Below, in pieces: positions 21,125 to 31,364 of a DNA stretch of 64,000 nucleotides. The stretch is taken from positions 7,868-71,867 of the forward strand of contig CAZMOF010000001.1 of NCBI GenBank assembly GCA_964567905.1, read 5' to 3'. Each line of letters starts with the position of its first letter. The stretch's first letter is position 1. This DNA comes from an uncultured Aquiluna sp. (GTDB lineage: Bacteria; Actinomycetota; Actinomycetes; Actinomycetales; Microbacteriaceae). A program made the translations under genes and the position numbers. The notes beneath the pieces are model-generated. The model was not told the DNA's origin. It saw nothing but the letters and a program-made list of their open reading frames with translations, and searched no databases.

Positions 21125-21976
21125 TTAGTTTCCAACCCTTTCTGTGTGGAAGCCGTTCCCGAAAATCTTCTCGTTGAGTAGAAAATTGATTTCGGTCAGA
21201 GCCAGCGCTTCAGTGTAGGCGGTATTCAGGGAAAATCGCTGATAGTCGAGCTGGCTAAGAGCGCTCAAAACCCTGCGGTTTTTGACGCTCAGGAACATCA
21301 GGGTGGTGTTTTTCACCTTGGGAAAAGTCCTCAGAATCTGGCCGCAGCCATATCCAAAGACCCTGATGGCAACATCAGCTTTTCTCGGGGTTGTCTTTTG
21401 AATCAGAGCATTATCTGGAACCAGGGTCTTTGCTCTTTGAAAGGGTTGTTTTTTCCAGATTTGAAAGCAGGTTCTTAGTCCGTTGTTTTTCCTGAACGGT
21501 TTTCCTTCAATGTCGACATAGGAGACAAAGACATCCTTATCAGCAACCTTATGAAAGCTCAGATTCAATCTGTTCTCTACGCTCCACTTTCTCCAGGAGC
21601 GGGGAACTAGAAATGCAATGTATTCACTGAACTCAGCTGCGTGATTAAAGAAGGGGATAGACAGCGCATTGTTTCTTCCAAAAGGTGGATTTGAGATCGT
21701 GACGACACTTGATTCTTTGGGTCGGTACTCCAAAAAGTTTTTTCTCAAAACCCCTGGAAATTTCGGATAAAGATCAACACTTTCAATCTCGTTAGCACCC
21801 ACCGATTGCAGTGCGGTAATAAAGCTTCCACTGCCACCGGCTGGTTCCAAAAACTTCCGGCTTGAGAAGTCCGGAATGATGCCCGCTGTGAATTGAACAA
21901 GTTCTTCGGCGAGGGTAAGCGGGGTGTAGAACTGCTCTGTTCCAGTGACTCTGCGATTGCCAAGTGGTTTAGACAC
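21125..21976 (-). CDS. Orphan SAM-dependent DNA amino-methyltransferase (gamma-class motif order, probably N6-adenine)
   Basis: Motif X QFYTP, motif I FLEPAGGSGSF, motif IV ISNPPF; no adjacent nuclease gene. Confidence 0.75.
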   Translation of the reverse strand: MSKPLGNRRVTGTEQFYTPLTLAEELVQFTAGIIPDFSSRKFLEPAGGSGSFITALQSVGANEIESVDLYPKFPGVLRKNFLEYRPKESSVVTISNPPFGRNNALSIPFFNHAAEFSEYIAFLVPRSWRKWSVENRLNLSFHKVADKDVFVSYVDIEGKPFRKNNGLRTCFQIWKKQPFQRAKTLVPDNALIQKTTPRKADVAIRVFGYGCGQILRTFPKVKNTTLMFLSVKNRRVLSALSQLDYQRFSLNTAYTEALALTEINFLLNEKIFGNGFHTERVGN

Positions 21977-22059
21977 GTAAGAACCATATCAAGGGTCTAT
22001 GAGCGGCATAAGTAGTAGTCTTATCTGCTGCCCTGTGGGCTGAGACGGAGAATAAGTAA

Positions 22060-23001
22060 TTGGCAAATACACCAACAGAAGACATTGTCATCTGGGCAAA
22101 AGACCTAACAAAAAAGTACAAAGACTTTGTAGCGGTTGATGGAATCGATTTTCAGGTTCGACGCGGAGAGTCATTTGGCCTGTTAGGCCCGAACGGTGCG
22201 GGAAAGTCGACCACCATGAAGATGATTTCCTCTGTCTCCCAAAGAACTGGCGGCGAGCTCAAGATTCTGGGGAAAGAACCCAACACCCACGGCCCAGAGA
22301 TTCGCGCACACCTTGGTGTAGTTCCGCAAAAGGATTTGCTCGATAGGGAACTGAAAGTTTGGGAAAACATCTTCACCTACGGCCGGTATTTCGGGCTTCC
22401 TAGAAAGTGGCTAAAGAACAAGGTGCAAGAGCTTCTGGAATTTGCCCAGCTGACTGAGAAGAGAAACTCCAAAGCTGATGATTTGTCAGGAGGAATGCAG
22501 CGTCGACTCGCAATTGCTAGGGGATTGGTGAACGAACCAGAGATTCTGATGCTGGATGAGCCAACCACTGGACTTGATCCTCAGGCACGACATGTTCTAT
22601 GGGATCGACTGTTTCGTCTCAAGGAACAGGGAGTAACACTGGTTATCACCACTCACTACATGGATGAGGCGGAGCAGCTGTGTGACCGTCTGGTGGTTAT
22701 GGATAAGGGAAAGATTATGGCCGAGGGTTCTCCGGCAGAGCTTATTAAGAAGTACTCATCCAAAGAGGTCGTTGAGGTTCGATTCGGCACTGATAAAAAT
22801 GAAAAGATGGCCGACAAGCTGTCCGACATGGCCGAGCGAATTGAAGTTTTGCCCGATCGAATTCTTCTTTACACCGATAAGGGCGAGGATCTTCTCACGG
22901 AGATTATTGAAAAAGGTATGCACCCCGTTACATCACTGGTTCGAAGGAGCTCTCTCGAAGATGTCTTCCTCAGACTCACCGGAAGAACACTGGTCGAATA
23001 A
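22060..23001 (+). CDS. ABC-2 (DrrA/NodI-like) ATP-binding subunit
   Basis: GPNGAGKST, LSGGMQRR, LDEPTTGLDP, C-terminal SLEDVFLRLTG. Confidence 0.92.
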   Translation: MANTPTEDIVIWAKDLTKKYKDFVAVDGIDFQVRRGESFGLLGPNGAGKSTTMKMISSVSQRTGGELKILGKEPNTHGPEIRAHLGVVPQKDLLDRELKVWENIFTYGRYFGLPRKWLKNKVQELLEFAQLTEKRNSKADDLSGGMQRRLAIARGLVNEPEILMLDEPTTGLDPQARHVLWDRLFRLKEQGVTLVITTHYMDEAEQLCDRLVVMDKGKIMAEGSPAELIKKYSSKEVVEVRFGTDKNEKMADKLSDMAERIEVLPDRILLYTDKGEDLLTEIIEKGMHPVTSLVRRSSLEDVFLRLTGRTLVE

Positions 23002-23834
23002 TGTCAGAGCTGAAGTTCCGCCCTGGCGCTGCCGTTGATCCAAAACGTGCTGTGCGCTTTGGTGCTCTGCGAGTAGCCGAGTATCGGTTCTATTCGATGT
23101 CAAAGTGGATGGGTGCAATCTTTGCCTATGGGCTAGGAAACCCTGTTCTTTATTTGATATCGGTTGGTTTAGGTATTGGCGCACTGGTTGATGCCAACAC
23201 CGGTGGGCAGGGGATCCTTGGAGTCAGCTATCTACAGTTTGTCGCTCCAGCACTTTTGGCATCCGCAGCTATCCAAGGTGTGATGGATGAGGTTACTTTC
23301 CCAACCATGGATGGCTTTGTTTGGGACAAGCTCTTTTATGCCATCAATGCCACTTCAGTATCGGCCATTCAGATAGCCAATGGAGTGATGATTGTTGCCC
23401 TGGGTAGAGGCCTATTCACAGTCCTGATGTATCTGGGGGTACTCCTGCTGTTCGGCGCTGTGCCTCTAACTAGCGTCCTACCTCTTATATTCACCTCGAT
23501 GCTGGCCGCTTGGGGCTGGGCGGCGCTAATGCTGGCAATTACCGCCAGGCTCGAAAAAGATGAGGGCTACTTCGCAATCATTGGCCGCTTTGTCATCGCA
23601 CCTATGTTTTTGTTTTCAGGAACGTTTTATCCACTGGAACTAATGCCAATTTATCTGCAACCTCTAGGCTGGCTCTCACCGCTTTGGCATTCCACGGAGT
23701 TAGGCAGAACACTTAGCTACGGAGCCGAAATGGAACCGAGCATGTTCCTAATTCACATCGGGTATTTGGCAATCATGGGCGTGGTTGGAATGGCTCTGAC
23801 TTATCCAAAGTTTGTTTCGAGGTTGGCAAAGTGA
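23001..23834 (+). CDS. ABC-2 permease (NodJ-like)
   Basis: YLQFVAPALLA, PMFLFSGTFYP; 6 TM segments. Confidence 0.9.
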   Translation: MSELKFRPGAAVDPKRAVRFGALRVAEYRFYSMSKWMGAIFAYGLGNPVLYLISVGLGIGALVDANTGGQGILGVSYLQFVAPALLASAAIQGVMDEVTFPTMDGFVWDKLFYAINATSVSAIQIANGVMIVALGRGLFTVLMYLGVLLLFGAVPLTSVLPLIFTSMLAAWGWAALMLAITARLEKDEGYFAIIGRFVIAPMFLFSGTFYPLELMPIYLQPLGWLSPLWHSTELGRTLSYGAEMEPSMFLIHIGYLAIMGVVGMALTYPKFVSRLAK

Positions 23835-24673
23835 TCACTCAAGCAATCCTCTCTCAGGCAGTTGCCATTCAGGAGCGGCGTAGTAAGCGGCCGGGTTCTT
23901 CGATCTATTCGGGACGTTCAAGAATTCTCATAGAGCGAGCCGTCTACGCAGCCAAGAGCTCAAACTGGTTGGTAATTTTCTCGGGATTCTTTGAACCAGT
24001 TTTATATCTGCTCGCGTTTGGATTCGGAATCGGGCAGCTGATTGGAAATGTCACCGATGGTCAGGGTAACGCAGTTACTTATGCGGCATTCATTGCACCA
24101 GCACTGCTAGCGACCTCGGCGATGAACGGTGCAATCTATGACTCCACCTGGAATGTGTTTTTCAAGATGCACTTCGGCAAGGTTTACCAGATGATGCTCT
24201 CCAGCTCTCTCGGTCCACTGGATGTTGCTCTTGGTGAGATTTCCTGGGCGCTACTGCGCGGAGTTATGTATTCGATTGGGTTTATGGCCATCATCACACC
24301 ACTTGGTCTGATTACGGACGCGTGGGGATTGCTGGCTATCCCTGCGGCAACGCTAATTGCATTTGGGTTTGCTGCCTTTGGTATGGCTGTCACTTCTTAT
24401 ATGAAGTCATTTCAGCAAATGCAGTGGGTTAACTTCTTCCTGCTTCCGATGTTTTTGTTTTCCGGGACCTTCTTCCCGATCAGCGTCTACCCGCAGTGGA
24501 TTCAGGTTGTGGTGCAGGCGCTACCGCTTTGGCAGGGAGTGGAGCTGGTCCGAAGCCTGACCTTGGGCATTATCCACTGGGGGCTTTTGGGCCACGTCGC
24601 CTACTTCCTGGTCATGATTGCCATTGGTATGGGCTTCACCACCTACCGCCTAAAAGCTCTGTTTATGCGGTAG
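23831..24673 (+). CDS. ABC-2 permease (NodJ-like), second subunit
   Basis: FIAPALLATSAMNGA, PMFLFSGTFFP. Confidence 0.9.
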   Translation: MITQAILSQAVAIQERRSKRPGSSIYSGRSRILIERAVYAAKSSNWLVIFSGFFEPVLYLLAFGFGIGQLIGNVTDGQGNAVTYAAFIAPALLATSAMNGAIYDSTWNVFFKMHFGKVYQMMLSSSLGPLDVALGEISWALLRGVMYSIGFMAIITPLGLITDAWGLLAIPAATLIAFGFAAFGMAVTSYMKSFQQMQWVNFFLLPMFLFSGTFFPISVYPQWIQVVVQALPLWQGVELVRSLTLGIIHWGLLGHVAYFLVMIAIGMGFTTYRLKALFMR

Positions 24674-24740
24674 CAGCCAGCCCTCTAGTAAATGTCCTAG
24701 GTCAGTTCTAGGCTCATATCAGTCACTGATTGGGAGTCAA

Positions 24741-27700
24741 ATGACCAAGTTCTTTCGTGCTTTGCTGGTTGGTATCGTTTCAGCGGCACTTTCACTGGCA
24801 ACACCTCTAACAGCATTTGCCGAGTCAAATCGCACCACCTACATAGTGATGCCAAAAGAGGGCCAAGCCGAGCAGCTCCGAGGCGCAATTGCTGCTCTCG
24901 GGGAGTTTCCTGAAGATCAGCTGACACTGGTTGATGACCTATTCATTATTGATCTGCTCCCAGAGGATGCGGCAAAGCTATCCAGCAGTGAATTTGTTTC
25001 CTTTATCGAAGCTGATGCTCCCATAACCACCAGCGACACCCAGACTCCCACTCCTTCCTGGGGACTTGATCGTATTGATGGAGTGTTTGACAACAGCTTT
25101 AGCTATCCAAACAAATCCGGCAGTGGTGTCAGAGTTTATGTTTTTGACACTGGCGTAGCGGGAAATCACCCGGAGCTAGCGGGAAGAGTCACACAGGGTT
25201 TTGACGTCATCGGCAACAACCAGGCCAACACCGACTGCCACTATCACGGAACACACGTTGCCGGCACAATCGCAGGAACGGTTTATGGAATGGCAAAAAA
25301 TGCCACCGTAGTTCCAATCAGGGTGCTTGGTTGCACTGGCTCTGGAAGCACATCGGGAATTCTTCGCGCCATCAACTGGGTAATTGCTAATCACCCATCA
25401 GGCGTAGCGGGAGTTGCCAACATGAGTCTTGGTGGCGGAAGGAACCTATCCTTCAATGCTGCCATTGCATCACTGGTCGACAGGGGAATCACCACGGTCG
25501 TTGCAGCTGGTAACTCGAGAACAGACGCCTGCTCCGCCTCTCCTGCGTCCGCTCCTGAGGCAATCACCGTTGGTGCAACTGACAGATTCGACAACCGGGC
25601 ATCTTTCTCAAACTTTGGTGACTGCGTAGATATCTTTGCTCCTGGCGTTTCTATCCCTTCGGCTGATGCAAGAAACTTTGCGGTTCCCGTGGCACTCTCC
25701 GGTACTTCCATGGCTTCTCCGCACGTAGCCGGTGTCGCCGCTTTGATTCTTGGGGAAAGCCCTGCAGCAAGCACCGAGCAGGTTGAAGCGCAAATCTACG
25801 CGCTTAGCCAGCCTGGCGTGGTCAAGAATGCCAGCACCGATCGCGGTAACCGCATGGCCGTCTCACCCGCGCAAAACTTCACTCCGATTCCGTCTCTCCC
25901 TGGTGCACCGACCGGGCTTCGGGTTTTGGAATCTGGAGCAGGTTTTGTCAAATTTGGCTGGGGCGCAGTTGATGGCGCAAAGTCCTATCAGGTCGAATAT
26001 CGCAAGGCCAGTCAGAACACTTTCACTTTGGGAAATGCTGCTGCTGAGTCATTCACCGTGAGTGATTTGGCTGGCGGTGAAGTTGCTTTCATCAGAGTGC
26101 GCTCAGTGACTGATGCAGGCACATCAAAGTTCAGTTCAATTTTTAGTGGCAAGTCAGCCGTAGTCCCACCTTCAGAGGCTAGAGGTTTGACAATTAATGC
26201 AACTTCCAAAAACTCGATGGTCCTCAGTTGGCTTAATCCGCTCTCGCTTGGTGGCGCAAGCTCTATTCAATACCGAGTCGAAATGAAGACGACCGGCAAC
26301 TGGATGAGCATCAACACTGGTCCTCAGACCAGTCTGAGCATTTCCGATCTTCGCATTCCTCATTACTTCCGAGTTTTCGCCTTCAATGAGGCCGGCCTGT
26401 CTGCTCCTACTGCAGAGGTGGTTTTCGATCCTTCGATTCTCTTTGGCGTAAGTTCGGTTACCTCATCTGCGGTCACAGGCAAGACGGCAGTTATCTCTTG
26501 GATTTCCGACGCACCTGCATCAACTAGCTTCGAGGTCAGAATTTCTAGAACCAATGGAGCTGTGGCAGACACTGTCTTTAGCACAACTCAAAACCCATTG
26601 GCACTTTCGGGCCTAACCAGACTTTCTGAGTACAGGGTCACCATTACACCTCTGGGAACTCTTCGTGGCTTTGGATCTGCGACTACCTTCACCACCTTGG
26701 CTAGCGCTCCAGAAGCTCCAAGGGCAATCAGCACCCTGAAGCAAACTGTTGGTCACCTTCTGCGCTTTGCAGCTCCGGCTGACAACGGTGGTTCAGCAAT
26801 TACTTCTTACCGCTTAGAGCAGCTTGTGAATAACGCTTGGGTAAGCTCGCAAACCGGAACCGGCACAGAGTTCAATGTGCCTGATCCTGCTCGTGGACAA
26901 AGTCAGGACTATCGCCTAGTCGCCATTAACGCAATTGGAGAATCTTCTCCGAGCGCTGTCCTTAGGGTGAGCACGCCAGCTCAAGTGAGCTCGGCGCCGC
27001 AGTCATTCTCAGCAACTTTGGCTGTTGACGGAAGAGTCAATCTAAGTTGGCTTGCTCCCGCTGATGATGGCGGTGCACCTGTCACCCAGTATCGAATTGA
27101 AACGCTTCGAGACGGTGCCTGGGTTCTTCACACAAGTCTTTCAAATCTCAGCGCTTCCTTGGCTCCAATTGCCAAGGGCGTCTCAACCTCCTATCGCGTA
27201 ATCGCAGTTAATCGAGCTGGACAATCACCAGCTTCGAACGCGGCCGAGGTTTACAGAGAGAAGACAGTTCCATCCTCGGTTGTCTCACTCAATGCCCAGT
27301 TGACTTCTTCCCAGGTGATCCTGATGTGGGCTGCGGTTAGCGATAATGGCGGAAGTCCGCTTCTGGGATATCGAGTGCAGCAAAGAATCGCCAATGTCTG
27401 GACAGATGTCACTGAGCTAATCAACGGTCTGAGTGTTTCTCTGCCAGGTGGCCTGCCCGGTGAGTCGAGAACCTACAGGGTCTTGGCATTCAACGAACTT
27501 GGAAGCTCGAGCGGTGGTTTTGAAAGAACTGTGCTTACTCCTTTCTTGGCTGCCTCCGCACCAACCTCTTTCAGCTACCAAATTGAAACTTCCCGCATTC
27601 GATTCAACTGGGAGAGGCCGGCTAACTTGGGTGGAAGCGAACTAACCCAGTATCTGCTTTCCGCCTCCGAAGACGGTGTCACTTTCCGTTCTGTCGTTAC

Positions 27701-29255
27701 CTTCAGAGCCACCGACACCTTTGGCTACTACACAAATCCCACTTGGGGTAAAAAGAGCTTCTTCCGCCTACAGGCAGTCACTCGTAGCTTCGGCAATGGC
27801 ACTGCGAGCGAAATCCTGGAAATTCTTTTGCCGGTTATAGTTCCTGCGGATCCAAGGTCACTGACGGCTCAGGTTAGAACTGGCGAGGGCATTCTTCTAA
27901 GCTGGCAAGCTCCGACATTTGACGGAGGAGCACCAATCTCCGGGTATCGAGTCGAGCTTCGCACAGGCTCCACCTGGACCACTGTTGGTGAAACAAATCA
28001 GTTGAGCCTGCTGGTTCCACTCGGCCAAGCGGGGGAAACGATGAACCACCGCGTCGTTGCTGTAAACAGTGCCGGAAGCTCTGCTGGAAATAACTCGATT
28101 ACAACCCGCATGGGAGTAGCTCCTGCCACACCACCGCAGTCGCTAAGTGCGTCAGTTGTGTCCGGACGCTTGCAGCTGAGCTGGTCAGCCCCGGCCGCCA
28201 TGGGTGGATCCTTCTCCTACTACCAGGTTCAAAGACTAAGCGGATCATCCTTCCAGTCCATCGGAATTACGGGCGGAACGTCCTTTGCAACGACCCTGCC
28301 AGCGCCTGGTCAGATCTCCACTTTCCGAGTGGTTGCATTCACGAATGCTGGCATTGGAGCCTTTAGCACAAACCTTGACTATCTATCTCCAAAGATTGCA
28401 CCGGCTGCCCCAACCAGCATCACCATCCGTTCCAGAGGTCTTATCAACACCGTCACCTTCAGTCTCACGGGAGTTAGTAGCGGCGGTGGAACCTTTGACA
28501 AGGCGGTTTTGTATCGCCAGGAAAGTGGTGACTGGGTAAAGGTTGCCGAAGCCAGAGCTTCCGATCTAAGCCTCACATTTGAAAATAACCTGTTCGGAGC
28601 CACACACTTCTATGCGCTTCGGCTAACCAATGAAGTTGGGGAATCTCTCAACTCTCGAACCATCACAGTTCGCCACGCCTTTGCGCCTACCTCTCCGGTA
28701 ACGAATGTGACCCTGATGCCAGAGGGAACCCGCCTCCGCCTTAGCTGGACCAGTCCAACATTTATCGGAGGCTCTACCCCTTCGGTTGTGGAGGTTCAGG
28801 TCAGCGATGATGGAACTAATTGGAGAAGATCGACGCTGGTTGGCTATACAACGACTTTGCTTGTGAGCGCACCAGCCAAGGGCCGCTCTGTTAGCTACCG
28901 AGTGGTAGCGGTAAACGGGGGAGGATCCTCTCAGCCATCAGCCGCAGTGAGATTTGACAACCCACTGACCGCACCAAGCATGGACTTCAGTGTCTCTGCA
29001 TTCCGGTCCGGTGATTCGGTAGTCTTCAATGTCTTTGCACCAAGCGATTTTGGTGGCTACGGCACACTCTCAATGCGAATCGAACAGCAGGGAACTTTGG
29101 CATGGCAGTCAAGCAATGAGTTTGTTCTGACTAGGCCGAGTACTTCGACAAGGATTAGCTTGAAGCTGCCAACTGCGCGAGGAACTTACACCTATCGCAT
29201 AGCAATTGCTAACCCCAGTGGTGAAGTGGAAAGAACTGTTACCTTCCGCTACTAG
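24741..29255 (+). CDS. Secreted S8 (proteinase K/aqualysin-like) serine protease with about 11-12 tandem fibronectin type III domains
   Basis: Signal peptide AFA-E, propeptide, SWGLDRID, triad VFDTG / HGTHVAG / GTSMASPHVAG; repeated W..P..DGG..I..YR.E and YRV.AVN..G FN3 motifs. Confidence 0.92.
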   Translation: MTKFFRALLVGIVSAALSLATPLTAFAESNRTTYIVMPKEGQAEQLRGAIAALGEFPEDQLTLVDDLFIIDLLPEDAAKLSSSEFVSFIEADAPITTSDTQTPTPSWGLDRIDGVFDNSFSYPNKSGSGVRVYVFDTGVAGNHPELAGRVTQGFDVIGNNQANTDCHYHGTHVAGTIAGTVYGMAKNATVVPIRVLGCTGSGSTSGILRAINWVIANHPSGVAGVANMSLGGGRNLSFNAAIASLVDRGITTVVAAGNSRTDACSASPASAPEAITVGATDRFDNRASFSNFGDCVDIFAPGVSIPSADARNFAVPVALSGTSMASPHVAGVAALILGESPAASTEQVEAQIYALSQPGVVKNASTDRGNRMAVSPAQNFTPIPSLPGAPTGLRVLESGAGFVKFGWGAVDGAKSYQVEYRKASQNTFTLGNAAAESFTVSDLAGGEVAFIRVRSVTDAGTSKFSSIFSGKSAVVPPSEARGLTINATSKNSMVLSWLNPLSLGGASSIQYRVEMKTTGNWMSINTGPQTSLSISDLRIPHYFRVFAFNEAGLSAPTAEVVFDPSILFGVSSVTSSAVTGKTAVISWISDAPASTSFEVRISRTNGAVADTVFSTTQNPLALSGLTRLSEYRVTITPLGTLRGFGSATTFTTLASAPEAPRAISTLKQTVGHLLRFAAPADNGGSAITSYRLEQLVNNAWVSSQTGTGTEFNVPDPARGQSQDYRLVAINAIGESSPSAVLRVSTPAQVSSAPQSFSATLAVDGRVNLSWLAPADDGGAPVTQYRIETLRDGAWVLHTSLSNLSASLAPIAKGVSTSYRVIAVNRAGQSPASNAAEVYREKTVPSSVVSLNAQLTSSQVILMWAAVSDNGGSPLLGYRVQQRIANVWTDVTELINGLSVSLPGGLPGESRTYRVLAFNELGSSSGGFERTVLTPFLAASAPTSFSYQIETSRIRFNWERPANLGGSELTQYLLSASEDGVTFRSVVTFRATDTFGYYTNPTWGKKSFFRLQAVTRSFGNGTASEILEILLPVIVPADPRSLTAQVRTGEGILLSWQAPTFDGGAPISGYRVELRTGSTWTTVGETNQLSLLVPLGQAGETMNHRVVAVNSAGSSAGNNSITTRMGVAPATPPQSLSASVVSGRLQLSWSAPAAMGGSFSYYQVQRLSGSSFQSIGITGGTSFATTLPAPGQISTFRVVAFTNAGIGAFSTNLDYLSPKIAPAAPTSITIRSRGLINTVTFSLTGVSSGGGTFDKAVLYRQESGDWVKVAEARASDLSLTFENNLFGATHFYALRLTNEVGESLNSRTITVRHAFAPTSPVTNVTLMPEGTRLRLSWTSPTFIGGSTPSVVEVQVSDDGTNWRRSTLVGYTTTLLVSAPAKGRSVSYRVVAVNGGGSSQPSAAVRFDNPLTAPSMDFSVSAFRSGDSVVFNVFAPSDFGGYGTLSMRIEQQGTLAWQSSNEFVLTRPSTSTRISLKLPTARGTYTYRIAIANPSGEVERTVTFRY

Positions 29256-29630
29256 TTACCAGAAAACAGCTAGAACTACGTTGGCAAGTGTTAGTGCGCC
29301 GATGGCACCGAAAACTGGTGTCTTCACTGCCTGCTTTTTACGCTGAGTAATTACCAGAATTAGGACAGCAAGGACAACAACGAACTTCACGGCAATCTTG
29401 GTGTGATCTATCTCGACATCTGCACCAAGTGCAATGCGCCACTCCGCAACACCTACCAGTAGAAGGCCTGTGATTAGAGCAGTCCAGACACCGTGCATCA
29501 TAGCTGGGATGATTCGGGCCGCGCCCTGAGCCATACTTCGCATCTGGGTGAGAAAACCACCGAGCAAAGAAGCAAGACCAATTAGGTGCAGGACGACTAG
29601 AGAGTTGCGAGAGAACTCTAGAATTTCCAT
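29256..29630 (-). CDS. Small 4-TM integral membrane protein of unknown function
   Basis: Four hydrophobic helices; strong SD AGGAGG; -10 TAGACT upstream. Confidence 0.75.
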   Translation of the reverse strand: MEILEFSRNSLVVLHLIGLASLLGGFLTQMRSMAQGAARIIPAMMHGVWTALITGLLLVGVAEWRIALGADVEIDHTKIAVKFVVVLAVLILVITQRKKQAVKTPVFGAIGALTLANVVLAVFW

Positions 29631-29664
29631 TTTTCCTCCTGACTCTAAAGTCTAAGAGTGGATG

Positions 29665-30126
29665 CTAGATACCCAGTCCAGCCATCATTAGTGCAGCCTG
29701 GACAGCTTCAGCTCCCTTGTCCTCTTTAGAGCTAGGAAGGCCGGCCCGAGCAAGGGCTTCCTGTTCCGAATTCACGGTCAGCAGTCCAAAGCCAATGGGT
29801 AGTTTGTGCTTTAGCTGCACCTGTGTCAGACCCATCGTCGCTGCTTCGCAAACGTATTCGAAGTGAGGAGTTTCTCCGCGGATTACAACGCCAAGAGCAA
29901 TTACAACGTCAGCACCATTTTCAATTGCTAGCTCAGCTGCCAGCGGTAGCTCGAAAGCTCCAGGAACACGCCAAAGGTTTATGTCGTCAGCTCCGCAACT
30001 GCGAAGCTCTCTTTCTGCTCCGGCAATAAGACCGTCCATCACCTGGTCATGCCAAGATGAAGCGACGATGAATATTCTTAGACCTGCTCCGCTTACTTTG
30101 AACTGCGGAGCACCTTTTCCGCTCAC
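29665..30126 (-). CDS. ribH: 6,7-dimethyl-8-ribityllumazine synthase
   Basis: VPGAFELP, LGVVIRGETPHFEYV, KGAEAV. Confidence 0.96.
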   Translation of the reverse strand: MSGKGAPQFKVSGAGLRIFIVASSWHDQVMDGLIAGAERELRSCGADDINLWRVPGAFELPLAAELAIENGADVVIALGVVIRGETPHFEYVCEAATMGLTQVQLKHKLPIGFGLLTVNSEQEALARAGLPSSKEDKGAEAVQAALMMAGLGI

Positions 30127-31364
30127 TACTTCAGATTAGCTGGAATTATGTGTCCCATGCGAGCGCGCTTTGCTTCAAGGTAGCCCTTGTTTTGCTCCGC
30201 AAGACCCACAATCAGTGGAACATAATCGGTGACTGGAATTCCGGCATCTTCCAGGAATCGGCGCTTAGCTGGGTTGTTGCTCAACAGGCGTACGCTTTCG
30301 ATTCCCAGATCTCTGAGGATCGCAACCGCTGCGCCATACTCTCTCGCTTCGCTTGGAAGTCCGAGGGCAAGGTTTGCATCCACTGTGTCGAGACCCTGCT
30401 CCTGAAGAGAATAGGCCTTAAGTTTGTTGAGTAGTCCGATTCCACGTCCCTCTTGGCCACGGAGGTAGATAACCACACCGCCGTTTGGATCACTGGCGAT
30501 GGCATCGAGGGCGGCATCTAGCTGCGGCCCGCACTCACACTTGAGGGAACCAAAAGCCTCACCGGTGATGCACTCTGAGTGCATTCTGACCAGAGCGCCC
30601 TTGGGTCCTGGGTTACCGGAAATGATTGCTACGTGGTCCGCAGTGGTCTGAACGTCGTAGTAGCCGCGAACTCTAAATTCCCCGTGGGTAGTGGGAAGCT
30701 TTGCTTCAGCCTCGAATCGGATGCGATTTTGGCTGTATTTCCGCTCAGGGGAGCGCTTCTCCAGGTGGTCCCGAAGGTGGGAAATCGTACTCATAGGTAG
30801 TTCAAACCTCTTAGCTAGGGCAAATAATTCCCCAGATTGCATCATTGTTCCATCGTCATTGACCAGCTCGGCCATCAGTCCCACAGGCTCTAAATTGGCT
30901 AGTTCTAGCAGGTCTACGGCCGCTTCGGTGTGCCCAGGACGCTCCAGGACCCCACCCTCTCTGGCTCTGAGTGGTAAAACGTGGCCTGGGCGGATCAGGG
31001 ACTGGGGGGTGGCATAGGGGTCAGCTAGGACTCGGGCTGTGTTTGCCCGTTCGGCTGCGGATATACCCGTCGAGGTTCGATTAGCCGCATCAACGCTAAC
31101 GGTGTAGGCAGTGTGATGAGGATCTTGGTTTTTCACCCACATCAGTGGCAGGTCCAATTGATTTGCTCTCTCGGAAGCCATTGGGGCACAAAGGAATCCC
31201 GAGGTGTAGCGAATCATCCACGCGACCCACTCCGTGGTTGCAAACTGAGCAGCGATGATGGCGTCACCCTCATTTTCCCGATTTTCATCATCGGTGATAA
31301 TCACCGGTTTGCCATCGCGAAGAGCCTGAATGACTTCTTCTATGCTGCTGTATTCAGGATTCAC
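30126..31364 (-). CDS. ribBA: Bifunctional DHBP synthase / GTP cyclohydrolase II
   Basis: DDENRENEGD, RPGHTEAAVDL, RMHSECITGEAFGSLKCECG, QEGRGIGL. Confidence 0.96.
   Translation of the reverse strand: MNPEYSSIEEVIQALRDGKPVIITDDENRENEGDAIIAAQFATTEWVAWMIRYTSGFLCAPMASERANQLDLPLMWVKNQDPHHTAYTVSVDAANRTSTGISAAERANTARVLADPYATPQSLIRPGHVLPLRAREGGVLERPGHTEAAVDLLELANLEPVGLMAELVNDDGTMMQSGELFALAKRFELPMSTISHLRDHLEKRSPERKYSQNRIRFEAEAKLPTTHGEFRVRGYYDVQTTADHVAIISGNPGPKGALVRMHSECITGEAFGSLKCECGPQLDAALDAIASDPNGGVVIYLRGQEGRGIGLLNKLKAYSLQEQGLDTVDANLALGLPSEAREYGAAVAILRDLGIESVRLLSNNPAKRRFLEDAGIPVTDYVPLIVGLAEQNKGYLEAKRARMGHIIPANLK

Noticed and set aside
19340-21976. Restriction-modification or other defence island around the methyltransferase
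   Set aside because: No nuclease, specificity subunit, integrase or flanking repeats; the neighbours are ordinary ABC transporters
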